In this document: positions 11,377-25,006 of the stretch, piece by piece
Position numbering within the stretch: position 1 is the first letter of the stretch
Layout of the letters: every line of letters begins with the position of its first letter
NCBI GenBank assembly: GCA_030390025.1
Contig: CM059432.1
Coordinates: 3,968,001 to 4,032,000 of the forward strand
DNA length: 64,000 nt
Reading direction: 5' to 3'
Origin: Squalus acanthias
Lineage: Eukaryota
Program-made: the position numbers and the translations under genes
Notes under the pieces: generated by a model
What the model saw: only the letters and a program-made list of their open reading frames with translations
Told to the model about the DNA's origin: nothing
Database searches by the model: none

Positions 11377-14300
11377 TAGGAAAAAGAGGGTGGTCAGGAG
11401 CAATGTGGGCCCCTTGAAAACGGAAAGTGGTGATATTGTCAATGATAATAAGGAAATGACGGACATGTTCAATGATTACTTTGCGTCGATAGAGGAAGGG
11501 GATAGCATGCTGGAAATCCCAAGGAAACTAATATTGAATCAGGGATAGGGACTCAACAAATTAACGTAAGTAGTATAACAGTAATGGAGAAAATAATGGT
11601 ACCAAAGAGTGAGAAATCCCCAGGTCCAGATGGTTTCCATCTCAGGGTTTTAAAGGTAGTAGGTGAGCACATTGCAGATGCCCTGACTATAATCTTCCAA
11701 AGTTGTCTCGATTCAGGAACCGTTCCTTCAGATTGGAAATTTGAATATGTCACTCCGCTATTTAAGAATGGCGAGAGAGGGAAACCAGGGAATTATGAAC
11801 AGTTAGCCTAACATCTGTTGTCGGAAAATTGCTAGAGTCTATAATTAAGGATAGAGTGACTGAACACCTGGAAAATTTTCAGCTGATCAGAGAGAGCCAG
11901 CATGGATTTGTGAAAGGTAGGTCATGCCTGACAAACCTGATTGAATTTTTTGAAGAGGTGACTGAAGTAATGGACAGGGGAATGTCTACAGATATTATTT
12001 ATATGGACTCCCAGAAGGCATTTGATAAAGTCCCTCATAAGAGACTGTTAACTAAGGTTGAAGCCCATGGCATTGAAGGCGAATTATTGTCCTGCTTAGG
12101 AAATTGGCTGAGCGGCAGGAGACAGAGAGTAGGGATATTGGGCAGGTACAGTAACTGGCAGGATGTATAGTGGTGTCCCGCAGGGATCTGTGTTGGGGCC
12201 TCAACTATTCAACATATTTATTAACGACATAGATGATGGGATAGAGAGCCACATATCCAAATTTGCGATGACACAAAGATAGGCAGCATTGTAGGCAGTG
12301 TAGATGAAAGCATAAAATTACAAAGGGATTAGATAGGATTACATAGGATATACAGCACAGAAACAGGCCATTCGGCCCAACCAGTCCATGCTGCCGTTTA
12401 TGCTCCACTCGAGCCTCCTCCCGTTTTTCCTCATCTAACTCTATCAGCGTAACCCTCGATTCCCTTCTCCCTCATATGCTTATCTAGCCTCCCCTTAAAT
12501 GCATCTATACTATTTGCCTCAACCACTCCCTGTGGTAGTGAGTTCCACATTCTCACCACTCTCTGGGTAAAGAAGTTTCTTCTGAATTCCCTATTTGATT
12601 TCTTGGTGACTATCTTATATTGATGGCCTCTAGTTATGCTCTTCCCCACAAGTGGAAATACTCTTTCTGTATCTACTCTATCAAAACCTTTCATAATTTT
12701 AAAGACCTCTATTAGGTCATCCTTCAGCCTTCTATTTTCAAGCCTGTTCATCCTTTCCTGATAGGTATACCCTCGCATTTCTGGTATCATCCTTGTAAAT
12801 CTTTTCTGCACCCTCTCCAGTGCCTCTATATCCTACTTATAATATGGCGACCAGAACTGTACACAGTACTCCAAGTGTGGTCTAACCAAGGTTCGATACA
12901 AGTTTAGCATAACTTCATTACTTTTCAATTCTATCCCTCTAGAAATAAATCCTAGTGCCTGGTTTGCTTTTTTTATGGCCTTGTTAACCTGTGTTGCTAC
13001 TTTTAGTGATTTGTGTATTTGTACTCCGAGATCCCTTTGCTCCTCTACCCTACCCAGACTCGCACCCTCCAAGTAATAAGTGACCTCCCTATTCTTCCTA
13101 CCAAAATGTAATAGCTCACATTTATCTGTGTTGCATTTCATTTACCAATTATATGCCCATTCTGCAAGTTTATTAATATCTTCCTGTAATTTGTTGCAGT
13201 CCTCCTCAATATTAACTATACTCCCCCACAATTTGATATGATCTGTAAATTTAGAAATTGTGTTTTTGATTCCAAAGTCTAAATTGTTAATATAAATTGT
13301 GAACAACAGTGGTCCCAGCACTGATCCGTGTGGAACACCACTACCCACCTTCTGTCACTGTGAATAGCTAACCTTTATCCCTACTCTCTGCTTTCTGTCT
13401 TGAAACCAGCTAGCTATCCATTCTGCTACTTGTCCCCTGACTCCGCATTCTCTGACCTTATTCATTAGTCTATTATCGAAGGCCTTTTGAAAATCTAGAT
13501 AAGTTACATCTACTGCATTACCCTTGTCTATTCTCCCTGTTACCTCTTCAAAATATTCAATGAGGTTGGTCAAGCAAGTCTTTCCCTTTTGAAATCCATG
13601 CTGACTATTCCTTATTATATTTTTGGCTTCTAGATGTTCTTCTATTTTCTCCTTTAGTAGGGATTTCATTAGTTTTCCTACCACCGATGTTAAGCTGACT
13701 GGTCTATAGTTCCCTGGACATGTTCTATCCCCCTTCTTAAATATAGGTATTACGTTAGCCATCCACCAGTCCTCTGGCACTACACATTTTTCTAATGAAT
13801 TATTAAATATGTCTAGTAATGCCTCTGCTATCTCTTCCCTAGATTCTTTTAAAATGTGCGATGTAATCCATCCGGACATGGGTTTTTTTCCTCTTTGAGT
13901 TTGATTAGTTTATTTAATATAATGTATTGATAGCTTAAGTTAATGGGCAAAACTGTGACAAATGGATTTCAATGTAGGTAAATGTGAGGTCATTCACTTT
14001 GGACCTAAAAAGGATAGAACAGGGTACTTTCAAAATGGTGAAAAGCTAAAAACAGTGGAGTCCCAAAGAGACTTGAGGGTCCAGGTACATAGATCATTAA
14101 AATGTCATGAACAGATACAGAAAATAATCAAAAAGGCTAATGGGATGCTGGCCTTTATATCTAGAGGACTAGAGCACAAGGGGGTAGAAGTTATGCTGCA
14201 GCTGTACAAAACCCTGGTTAGACCACACCTGGAGCACTGTGAGCAGTTCTGGGCACCACACCTTAGGAAGGATATATTGGCCTTGGAGGGAGTGCAGCGT

Positions 14301-14771
14301 AGGTTTACCAGACTGATACCCGGACTCCAAGGGTTATGTTACGAGGAGAGATTACACAAACTAGGCTTGTATTCCCCAGAATTTAGAAGGTTAAGGGGTG
14401 ATCTGATTGAAGTTTTCAAGATATTAAGGGGAACTGATAGGGTGGATAGAGAGAAACTATTTCCGCTGGTTGGGGAGTCTCGAACTAAGGGGCATAGTCT
14501 AAAAATTAGAGCCAGGTCTTTCAGGAGTGAAATTAGGAAACACTTCTACGCACAAAGGGTAGTAGAAGTTTGGAACTCTCTTCCGCAAAAGGCAACGGAT
14601 GCTAGATCAATTGTTAATTTTAAATCAGAGATTGATAGATTTTTGTTAACCAAAGCTACTAAGGGATATGGGCCAAAGGCGGGTCTATGGAGTTAGGTCG
14701 CAGATCAGCCATGATCGCATTGAATGGCGGAACAGGCTCGAAGGGCTGAATGGCCTCCTCCTGTTCCTATG
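11377..14771 (+). mobile_element. 5'-truncated CR1 (RT to 3' end) split by a nested CR1; pieces 11377-12337 and 13935-14771
   Basis: KSPGPDG, SQHGF, KAFDKVPH; gatttagatagg|ttaagt..gggca continuity across the insert. Confidence 0.9.
12339..13930 (-). mobile_element. 5'-truncated CR1 nested in opposite orientation
   Basis: NYRPVSLTS, VRPHLEYCVQFWSP, 3' stem-loop. Confidence 0.9.
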
Positions 14772-14912
14772 ACTCCAAAAAGTACAGAATCCATGTGGCA
14801 CAGACTCCAGACAGCCCAGTTCACACATATATCATTTCAGTAATGCTTGTGTAAAGTGGTTTGGTAAACATTTGTGCTGGCGAGGTATTCACATAGTACA
14901 GTATTGATCCAG

Positions 14913-15600
14913 CCAATGAAGTACTTTTGAAGTGCAGTCACTGTTGTAATGTGGGAAACGCAGCACAGCAAGCTCCCACAAACAGCAGTGTGATAATGAC
15001 CAGATAACCTATTTTTCTCTTAATGTCTCTTTAATCTCTCCTGCCTTTTATTCTACCATAGACCTTCCCTTTTGTTCTTTCATCCCCTCCCCCATTTCCC
15101 AGCCCCTAAACTTGCTTTAAAATCTGTTCCATTTCCTGCTTTTTTCCAGTTCTGACAAAAGGTCATCGACCTGAAACGTTAACTCTGTTTTTTTTCTTCA
15201 CAGATGCTGCCTGACCTGCTGAGTGTCTCCAGCATTTTCTGTTTTTATTTCCGATTTCCAGCATCTGCAGTATTTTCTTTTTGTAACCTATTTTTAGTGA
15301 TGTTGATTGAGGGATAAATATTGGCCCCAGGACACCGGGGAGAACTCTCCTGCTCTTCCTCGAAATAGTGGCCGCGGGATCTTTTACGTCCACACTGAGA
15401 GGGCAGACGGGGCCTTGGTTTAACGTCTCATCCGAAAGACGGCACCTCCGACAGTGCAGCACTCCCTCAGTACTGCACTGGGAGCGTCAGCTGAGATTTT
15501 TGTGCTTAGGTCTCTGGAGTGGGACTTGGACCCACACCCTTCTGACTCAGAGGCGAGAGAGAGAGAGAGAGAGTGCTGCCCACTGAGCCATGGTTGACAT
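14913..15600 (-). mobile_element. DeuSINE (SacSINE1-like) interrupted by a Penelope fragment
   Basis: Deu-domain-like ggtgccgtctttcggatgagacgttaaacc...gtggacgtaaaagatccc; tRNA head at the 15600 end. Confidence 0.85.
15017..15283 (+). mobile_element. Penelope-like terminal fragment with decayed hammerhead (15148-15184)
   Basis: 12-bp TSD taacctattttt (15005-15016, 15284-15295); agtt-CUGACAA-A-AGGUC AUC GACCU-GAAACGUU-aact. Confidence 0.8.
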
Positions 15601-16069
15601 CTGGAATGTGAAGCCTGGAGTGTGATACTTGATGCAGGAGTCTTAATATACTGTAGATTAGCATTGTCGCCAGAGGGAGGGCTGGACAGGCAGACAGATA
15701 ATGGGTTTGTCCCTAATCCGTGTTGATGTTCAGTTTTCAGTTCCAGAAATTTTAAAGTGTAACCAGATTAACTTCATTTTCAGAAACCCGGCAGCTCTAA
15801 CCTGATTACAAGTGAGGATTATTAGAAAGATCTCTTACTGTTAGAGAGATGAGTAAAGTGGCTTTGCTGAAACTGAATCACCAATAAAACCTAGAACAAG
15901 ACCTTCAAATTAAATTTCCTCAATAAATATTACTCATTAAATAATAGGAGTCTGTGAAAATATGTAACTGAAGTTAATTATGTTTCAAAGTTATAATGAG
16001 TTGTATTTCTTTAGATTTGGCCGCCAACCATGGATAATAACGGTGACAATCCCTCCTCAAGCAATCTGT

Positions 16070-17800
16070 CCTAATATCTCCTTCTGTGGCTCAGTTGTTT
16101 GTTTGATAATCGCTCCTGTGAAGCACCTTGGGATGTTTTAATACATTAAAGGTGCTATATAAATGTAAGGGGGGGAAAAATTGAGTCGCGCCCCCTTTGG
16201 AGCGCTAACTTCGCCGGAGCGCTACTTTTAGGGCGCAAAGCAACCGAATTTTTCCCCCAAGGTGTTGTTGTTATAGGACAATTGATCAAAAGCTTGGTCA
16301 AAGAGGTAGGTTTTAAGGAGCGACTTCAAGGAGGTGAAAGAGAGATGAAGATGTTTAGGGAGGGAATTTCAGAGCTGCTGAAGGCACGGCCGCCAATGGA
16401 GTGGTGATGGAAATCGGGGATGTGCAAAAGCTCAGAGCTAGAGGAGCAGAGATCTCAGAGGGTTATAGTGTTGGAGGAGGGGGCGAGGCCATGGAGAGAT
16501 TTGAAAACAAGGATGAGAATTTTAAGTTTAAGGCGTTGCCGGACCAGGAGTGAATGTAGGTCAGCGAGCACAGGGGTAACGGGTGAACGGGTTTCATTAG
16601 GGTCTAGTTTGGATACGGGCAGCAGAGTTTTGGACGAGCTCAAGTTTATGGAGGGTGCAAGATGGGAGGCCGGCCATGACAGCATTGGAATAGTCGAGTC
16701 TAGAACTAACAAGGCATTGGTGAGGGTTTCAGCAGCAGATGGGTTGAGGCGGGGTAGAGACGGGCGATGTTACAGAGGTGGAAGTAGGCGGTTTTGGTGA
16801 TGGAGTGGAGCCCCGTTCTCCCATCACCCCATGGATGGATCTCAGTGAGTGATCTGACACAGCACAGTATTTAAACACAGAACTTAACACCCTAGTGATA
16901 TACACCCTAGATTTTTGTGCTCCGGTCTAACTGGAGTGGGACTTGAACCCGCAACCTTCTGACTCTAGGGGCGAGAGTGCTACCCAACTGAGCCACAATG
17001 CTAATCTACAGTATATTAAGACGCCTGCATCAAATATCACACTCCAGGCTTCACATTTTACATTTTAAACCCCGCTATTTCTTAAACTTCGTTCCAGAAT
17101 ATTTCCACCTCTATTTTTATCAATCTCCTGTGGCATTGCTCTCGGTGAGTCAGAGTTTATTTTGTTCTGAGGTGTTCTGTCAACATTGAACTCATCCAAA
17201 ACTCTGCTGCCCGTGTCCTAACTCGCACCAAGTCCCGTTCACCCATCACCCCTGTGCTCGCTGACCTACATTGGCTCCCGGTCCAGCAACGCCTCAGATT
17301 TAATATTCGCATCCATGTGTTCAGATCCCTCCATGGCCTCGCTCCCCCCTACCTCTGTGTCCTTCTCCAGCCCTACAACCCTCTGAAAACTCTGATAACG
17401 CTCCTGTGAAGCGCCTATGGATGTTTTACTATGTTAAAAATATCAAAGGCAACTTCCCTAACTACTGATAATTCAACATCATCTTGCCATTAACATAGTA
17501 AAACATCCCAAGGTGTTTCACAGGAGCGATTATCAGACAAAATTTGACACCGAGCCACATAAGGAGATATTAGGACAGGTGACCAAAAGCTTGGTCAAAG
17601 AGGGAGGTTTTAAGGAGCATCTTAAAGGAGGAAAGAGAGGCGGAGAGGTTTAGGGAGGGAATTCCAGAGCTTAGGGCCCAGGCAGCTGAAGGCACGGCCG
17701 CCAATGGTGGGATGATAGATATCGGGGATGTGCAAGAGGCCAGAATTGGAGGAGCGCAGAGATCTCGGAGGGTTGTAGGGCTGGAGGAAGTTGGAGATGT
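16070..17800. mobile_element. Cluster of L2 LINE 3' fragments on both strands plus a DeuSINE head fragment (16905-16997 minus)
   Basis: L2-type TPVLADLH.L...R..FKIL and the tail aaaggcgctatataaatg(caag)(ttg)n. Confidence 0.8.
16170..16258. mobile_element. ~89-bp Harbinger-type mini-MITE
   Basis: TIR gggggaaaaatt / aatttttccccc, TSD AAG; both ends resemble 55131-56022. Confidence 0.75.
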
Positions 17801-17899
17801 TTTAGGGAGCGAAAGACAAGTAAAGTTAATGGAGAGCGGCTGGAGATTAGAAGTGAGATAAAGTTTGCTCAGCAGACAACAAGCCTTTTTCTTATATAG

Positions 17900-18475
17900 G
17901 AACATAGGAACAGGAGTAGAAGGGTTAAATTATGAAGACAGTTTGCATTGACTGGGCTTGTATTCCCCTGAATCTAGATTAAGGGGTGATCTAAAGTGTT
18001 TAAGATGATCATAGGATTTGATAGGGTAGAGAGAGAGAAACTATTTCCTCTGGTTGGGGGTGGGGGGTGGGGGGTGGGGGGGCGGCGGGGGGGAATCTAG
18101 AACAAGGGGGCATAACCTTAAAATTAGAGCCAGGCCGTTCAGGGGTGATGTCAGGAAGCACTTCTTCACACAAAGTGCAGTGGAAATCTGGAACTCTCTC
18201 CCCCCAAAAGCTGTTGAGGCTGGGGGTCAATTGAAAACTTAAAAACAGAGATTGAGAGATTTTTGTTAGGCAAGGACATTAAGGGTTACGGAACCCAGGC
18301 GGTTGATGGAGTCCAGATAGAGAGATTTCTGGACACAAAAGGCATCAAGGGGTATGGGGAGAGAGCGGGAATATGGTATTGAGATAGAGGATCAGCCATG
18401 ATCATATTGAATGGCGGAGCAGGCTCGAAGGTCCGAATGGCCGACTCCTGCTCCTATTTTCTATGTTTCTATGTC
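17900..18475 (+). mobile_element. CR1 3' fragments
   Basis: SRTRGHNLKI..FFTQ..WNSLP; (TATGTTTC) tail. Confidence 0.85.
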
Positions 18476-18786
18476 TAGTAGCATGAAGCAGCTTGTGGAA
18501 GAGCAGCTATAATATGTGCGCAGTACTTAAGTCTTGCGCAGATCTGAGCTTTACAGAGAACTAAGACTTGTTGAGGGGAAAAGAAGTGTTAACACAAGAA
18601 AGGAAGTCACCCTTCTTCAAAGGAGCTTGAGCAATAGGATCGATGTAGAAATTTCATTTGAAGTCAGAGGAGATAGTGGTGCTGAGAATGTAAAAGCCAT
18701 CAAAGGTAAGAGGTGGACATGAAGGACCTGTAGGGTTGAAAGTCCTTGGACGGGGCAATCTGGGTAGGTGCTGTCATGTATAAAAA

Positions 18787-19155
18787 CTACAACTTGCATT
18801 TATATGGGGCCTTTACCGTAGTAAAACATCCCAAGGCGCTTCACAGGAGCGATTATCAGGCATAATTTGACACCGAGCCACATAAGGAGATATTAGGACA
18901 GGTGACCAAAAGCTTGGTCAGAGAGGTAGGTTTTAAGGAGCATCTTAAAGGAGGATAGAGAGGTGGAGAGGAGGAGAGATTTAGGGAGGGAATTCCAGAG
19001 CTTAGGGCCCAGGCAGCTGAAGGCAATGGAGGTATTTAAACAAGAGTATGAGAATTTTAAATTTGAAGCATTGATGGACTGGGAGTGAATGTAGTTCAGT
19101 GATGGGTGAATGGGACTTGGTGCGAGTTAGGATACGGGCAGCCGAGTTTTAGATC
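18787..19155 (-). mobile_element. L2 3' fragment
   Basis: Matches the other L2 tails in the window. Confidence 0.8.
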
Positions 19156-19157
19156 TA

Positions 19158-20960
19158 GAGTCTAGAACTAGGGGGCATAGTCTCAGGATAAGGGGTCGGC
19201 TATTTAGGACTGAGATGTGGAGAAATTTCTTCACTCAGAGAGTTGTGAACCTTTGGAATTCTCTAGGCCAAAGGGCTGCGGATGTTGAATCGTTGAGTGT
19301 ATTCAAGGCTGAGATCGATAGACGTTTGGACTCTGGGGGAATCAAGGGATATGGGGATCAGTGGGAAAGTGGAGTTCACAGAATCATAGAAATATACAGC
19401 ACAGAAGGAGGTCATCCGGCCCATCGTGCCCGCGCCGGCCGACAAAGAGCTCTCCAGCCTAATCCCACTTTCCAGCTCTTGGTCCGTAGCCCTGCAGGTT
19501 ACGGCACTTCAAGTGCATATCCAAGTACTTTTTAAATGTGATGAGTGTTTCTGCCTCTCCCACCCTTTCAGGCAGTGAGTTCCAGACCCCCACCACCTTC
19601 TAGCTGAAAAAAGTTCTCCTCAACTCCCCTCTCAACCTCCGACCAATTACTTTAAATCTCTGCCCCCTGGTTATTGACCTCTCTGCTAAGGGAAATAGGT
19701 CCTTCCTATCCACTCTATCTAGGCCCCTTATAATTTTACACACCTCAATTAGGTCTCCCCTCAGCCTCCTCTGTTCCAAAGAAAACAAACCCAGCCTATC
19801 CAATCTTTCCTCATAGCTAAAATTCCCCAGCCCAGACAACATCCTTGTAAATCTCCTCTACACCGCCTCTCGTGCAATCACATCCTTCTTGTAATGTGGT
19901 GACCAGAACTGCACGCAGTATTCTAGCTGCATCCTAGCTAGTGTTTTATACAGTTCAAGCATAACCTCCCTGCTCTTATATTCTATGCCTCGGCTAATAA
20001 AGGCAAGTATCCCGTATGCCTTCTTAACCACCTTATCTACCTGTCCTGCTACCTTCACGGATCTGTGGACATGCACTCCAAGGTCCCTCTGATCTTCTGC
20101 ACTTCTCAGTGTCCTACCATTTAATGTATATTCCCTTGCCTTGTTAGTCCTCCCCAAATGCATTACCTCACACTTTTCCAGATTGAATTCCATTTGCCAC
20201 TGTTCTGCCCACCTGACCAGTCCATTGATATCTTCCTGCAGTCTACAGCCTTCTTCTTCATTATTAACCGCACGGCCAATTTTTGTATCATCTGCAAACT
20301 TCTTAATCATACTTCCTACATTCAAGTCCAAATCATTGATATATACCACAAAAAGCATGGGACCCAGTACTGAGCCCTGTGGAACCCCACTGGAAACAGC
20401 CTTCCAGTCACAAAAACACCTTTCGACCATTACCCTTTGTTTCCTGCCTCTGAGCCAATTTTAGATCCAACTTGCCACTTTTCCTTGGATCCCATGGGCT
20501 TTTACTTTTGTGACCAGTCTGCCATGTGGGACCTTATCAAAAGCCTCCTTGTTGCCTTCTCAAAAAATTCAATCAAGTTAGTCAGACACAACCTTCCCTT
20601 GACAAATCCATGCTGACTGTCCCTGATTAATCCGTGTCTTTCTAAATGAAGATTTACCCCGTCCCTCAGAATATTTTCCAATAATTTTCCCACAACCGAG
20701 GTTAGGCTGACTGACCTGTAATTATTCGGTCTATCCCTTTCTCCCTTTTTAAACAACGGTACCATGTTAGCAGTCCTCCAGTCCTCCGGCACCACACCTG
20801 TAGCCGGAGAGGATTGGAAAATGATGGTCAGGGCCTCTGCTATTTCCTCTCTTACTTCTCTTAACGGTCTGGGATACATTTCATCAGGGCCTGGGGATTT
20901 ATCCTCTTTCAAAGATGCTAAACCCCTTAATACTTCCTCTTTCACTATGTTTATTTCATC
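19158..20960 (-). mobile_element. CR1 fragments (19158-19378 plus; 19379-20960 minus, RT to 3' end)
   Basis: [29 protein letters not shown]. Confidence 0.9.
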
Positions 20961-21384
20961 GTTGATGGTAGAAGATCAGGCACGATCTTATTGAATGGCG
21001 GAGCAGGCTTGAGGGGCCGTATGGCCGACTCCTGCTCCTAATTCATATGTTCTTTGCTATCTGTTGATGATGGTAGTTAAAAGGGAATTCTAGGAGTTTA
21101 TTGGTTGCAATAGGAAGTGACGAGCAATTCATCTATAACCCTGCCCAGAGACTGGCTCAGTTTGCAGAATTGCATGAAATGGAACATTTTACTCAAATTC
21201 TTTGGTCCTGTTGCATTTATCTATTTGTGTTAGATTGCTCACTATTCTACCTACACTGTGTAGAATCGTGGGCATTACTTTTCTTGGCTAATTTCAGCAG
21301 CGGATGGGCTGAGGCAGGGGCGGAGACGGGCAATGTTTCGGTGGTGGAAGTAGGCGGTCTTGGTGATGGAGAGGATTTTTAATT

Positions 21385-22212
21385 TTTTTAAATTAATTCC
21401 TGGGATGTGGGCATCGCTGGCAAGGCCAGCATTTATTGCCCATCCCTAATTGCCCTTGAGAAGGTGGTGGTGAGCCGCCTTTTTGAACCACTGCAGTCCC
21501 TGTGGTGAAGGTACTCCCACAGTGCTGTTAGGGAGGGAGTTCCAGGATTTTGACCCAGCGACGATGAAGGAACGGCTGATATACTTCCAAGTCAGGATGG
21601 TGTGTGACTTGGAGGGGAACTTGGAGGTGGTGGTGTTCCCATGCGCCTGCTGCCCTTGTCCTTCTAGGTGGAAGAGGTCGTGGGTTTGGGAGGTGCTGCC
21701 GAAGAAGCCTTGGCGAGTTGCTGCAGTGCATCTTGTAGATGGTACACACTGCAGCCATGGTACGCCGGTGGTGGAGGGAGTGAATGTTTAAGGTGGTGGA
21801 TGGGGTGCCAATCAAGTGGGCTGCTTTGTCCTGGATGATGTCGAGCTTCTTGAGTGTTGTTGGAGCTGCACTCATCCAGGCAAGTGGAGAGTATTCCATC
21901 ACACTCCTTACTTGTGCCTTGTAGATGGTGGAAAGGCTTTGGGGAGTCAGGAGGTGAGACACTCGCCGCAGAATACCCAGCCTCTGACCTGCTCTTGTTG
22001 CCACAGTATTTATGTGGCTGGTCCAGTTAAGTTTCTGGTCAATGGTGACCCCCCAGGATGTTGATGGTGGGGGATTCGGCGATGGTAATGCCGTTGAATG
22101 TCAAGGGGAGGTGGTTAGACTCTCGCTTGTTGGAGATAGTCATTGCCTGGCGCTTGTGTGGTGCATATGTTACCTGACACTTATCAGCCCAAGCCTGAAC
22201 GTCGTCCAGGTC
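21385..22212 (-). mobile_element. 3' fragment of the tRNA-headed LINE family
   Basis: ATRAGQRLGILRRVSHLL..IYKAQVRSVMEY; same tail as 51471-51718. Confidence 0.9.
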
Positions 22213-22494
22213 TTTTTGCTCAACTTGGGGTCAACTAGGATGGCGAGGTTACGGACAGTCTGGCTCGGCCAGGGAGGGCGGATGGAATCGGTGGCGAGGG
22301 AACTAGGGAATCACGGCTACCTTCTGCCTTACTTCAAAATCCTCCCGAGAAAACCTTCTTTTCAATCGCACCTGCATTTCTTGGCTAATAGTTTTTTAAC
22401 GGCGGTTTTCAAGGACATGCCCCATGTATACAAATTGCATTGTGCACAATTTTGATTATAATTGATTTTGCCAGCGTTCATGTTGTGAATGCTG

Positions 22495-23606
22495 AAACAT
22501 AGAAACATAGGAGATAGGAGCAGGAGTAGGCCATTCGGCCCCTCGAGCCTGCTCCGCCATTCAATGCGATCATGGCTGATCATCCAAATTCAGTACCCTG
22601 TTCCTGCTTTCTCCCCATATCCCTTGATCCCCTTAGCTTTAAGAAATATATCTAACTCCTTCTTGAATATATTTAATGAATTGGCCTCAACTGCCTTCTG
22701 TGGTAGAGAATTCCACAAGTTCACCATTCTCTGGGTGAAGAAATTCCTCCTCAACTCAGTCCTAAATGGCTTACCCCTTATCCTTAGACTGTGACCCCTG
22801 GTTCTGGACTCCCCCACCATCGGGAACAGCCTTCCTGCATCTAGTCTGTCTAGTCCTGTTAGAATTTTATAAGTTTCAATGAGATCCCCTCTCATTCTTC
22901 TAAACTCTAGCGAATATAATCCTAATCGACCCAATCTCTCTTCATACATCATTCCTGCCATCCCAGTTATCAGTCTGGTGACTCTTCGCTGCACTCCCTC
23001 CATGGCAAGAATATCCTTCCTCAGATAAAGCGACCAAAACTGCACACAATACTCAAGGTGTGGTCTCACCAAGGCCCTGTACAACTGCAGCAAGACATCC
23101 TTGTTTCTGTACTCGAATCCTCTCGCTATGAAGGCCAACATACCATTTGCCTTCTTAACCGCCTGCTGCACCTGCATGCTTACCTTCAGCGACTGGTGCA
23201 CAAGAACACCCAAGTCTCGTTGCACTTCCCCTTTTCCCAATCTATTGCCGTTCAGATAATAATCTGCCTTCCTGTTTTTGCCATCAAAGTGGATAACCTC
23301 GCATTTATCCACATTATACTGCATCTGCCATGCATCTGCCCAATCACCCAACCTGTCCAAATCATACTGGAGTTTCTCTGCATCCTCCTCACAGCACACA
23401 CGCCCACCCAGCTTTGTGTCATCTGCAAACTTGGAGATATTACATCTAGTTCCCTCGTCTAGATCATTAATATATATTGTGAATAACTGGGGTCCTAGCA
23501 CCGATCCCTGCGGTACCCCACTAGTCACTGCCTGCCACTCGGAAGAAGACCCGTTTATTCCAACTCTTTGCTTCCTGTCTGCCAACCAGTTTTCTATCCA
23601 AGTCAG
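22495..23606 (-). mobile_element. 5'-truncated CR1 with open RT C-terminal ORF (22590-23585)
   Basis: 331 aa open, FADD, (TATGTTTC) tail. Confidence 0.92.
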
Positions 23607-24339
23607 TTAAGTTTATGTTGAAGCTTCTTTGAAATTACCCTCGTAAAACAGACCAGCTTTCAACGTAGGTTCCAGAGCAGTGTGCTTTTCAGTAAGACTT
23701 TAACCTTTCTCAGAAACTAATGCATAAGTAGCAATTGTTGTGATAATTATTAAAATATAATTGAACTGACCGCATAATTTCCTTATATATTCATTAAATT
23801 AGCCTAACACCCAATTATAAATGTACGTTGGCAATGTACTATTTTGAAACACATCAATGCTATTAGAAATCCATTAGTGATTTGACACAATGCTGCTTTT
23901 TCATTTAACTGTGTATTACAATTTCATTAAGATCATCCTCACCACTGGTTATTATACGGCAAGTCATCACAAACTGATTATTGTGGATACAGTACAGTAA
24001 CTCCATAACTTAAGTGAGACGGAGTCCTTACACAATTTGCAGTGGGTATAGAAATTCAAAAAGGTTTAATCATCATTTGGGTTCCACTAGGCTGAAGCCC
24101 AAAGCACTCACTTGGCATTACACTGTAAGCAATTTAAATTGATATTTTTCCAATGGTATGAGGCAACAGCAAGTATTCAATGAGACAAACTCAGACAAGG
24201 GCGGATTTTAATCGCATAAATTGAATAAAAACTTCAGACCTCTCTGAAAGCCTTTTGGTTCCTCTTCACAAACACTGGAGACATTTTCGTACCAAAGTTA
24301 CACCTCCATGAGTCTAGGTCCACCAGTTTAAAAAAATAA

Positions 24340-24898
24340 TTAATTCATGGAATGTGGGCGTTGCTGGCGAGGCCAGCATTTATTGCCCATCCCTAATTGT
24401 CCTTGAGCGCCGCCTTCTTGAACCGCAGCGGTCTGTGTGGTGAAGGTGCTCCCATAATGTTGTGGGGGGACTTTGCAGGGTCGACTGTGATGGGTACGCC
24501 TTTGTCATGTTCGGTGCCAAGATCGCTGGTGTGTGGTCCGTCAGGTCTTATTCTTAGTATACGTCTTTGTAGCGGTTTGGTACAACTGAGTAGCTCGCTG
24601 GGCCATTTCAGAGGGGCAGATAAGAGTCAACCACATTGCTGTGGGTCTGGAGTCACATATCGGCCAGACCGAGTAAGGACGGCAGATTTCCTTCCCTAAA
24701 GGACATTCGTGAACCAGATGGGTTTTTCACGACAATCCAGTAGCTTTATGGTCGCCATTACTGATACTAGCTTTTTATTCCAGATTTATTTAATTAACTG
24801 AATTTAAATTCCCCAGCTGCTGTGGTGGGATTTGAACTCACGTCTCTGGATCGTTAGTCCAGGCTTCTGGATTATTCGTCCAGTAACAAAACCACTAT
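24340..24898 (-). mobile_element. Internal-deletion derivative of the tRNA-headed LINE
   Basis: tRNA head plus 5' UTR to the first EN codons (gaccctgcaaagtcc) joined near 24460 to the 3' tail. Confidence 0.85.
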
Positions 24899-25006
24899 TG
24901 ACTTAATACACTGCTCTCAAATGTTGGAAACCTGGGTTCAAACCAGCCTTGTAAAAGGTATCGTTTTTAGTGAAGGCCATTAACTCCATCTCATCACCAA
25001 CACCAT

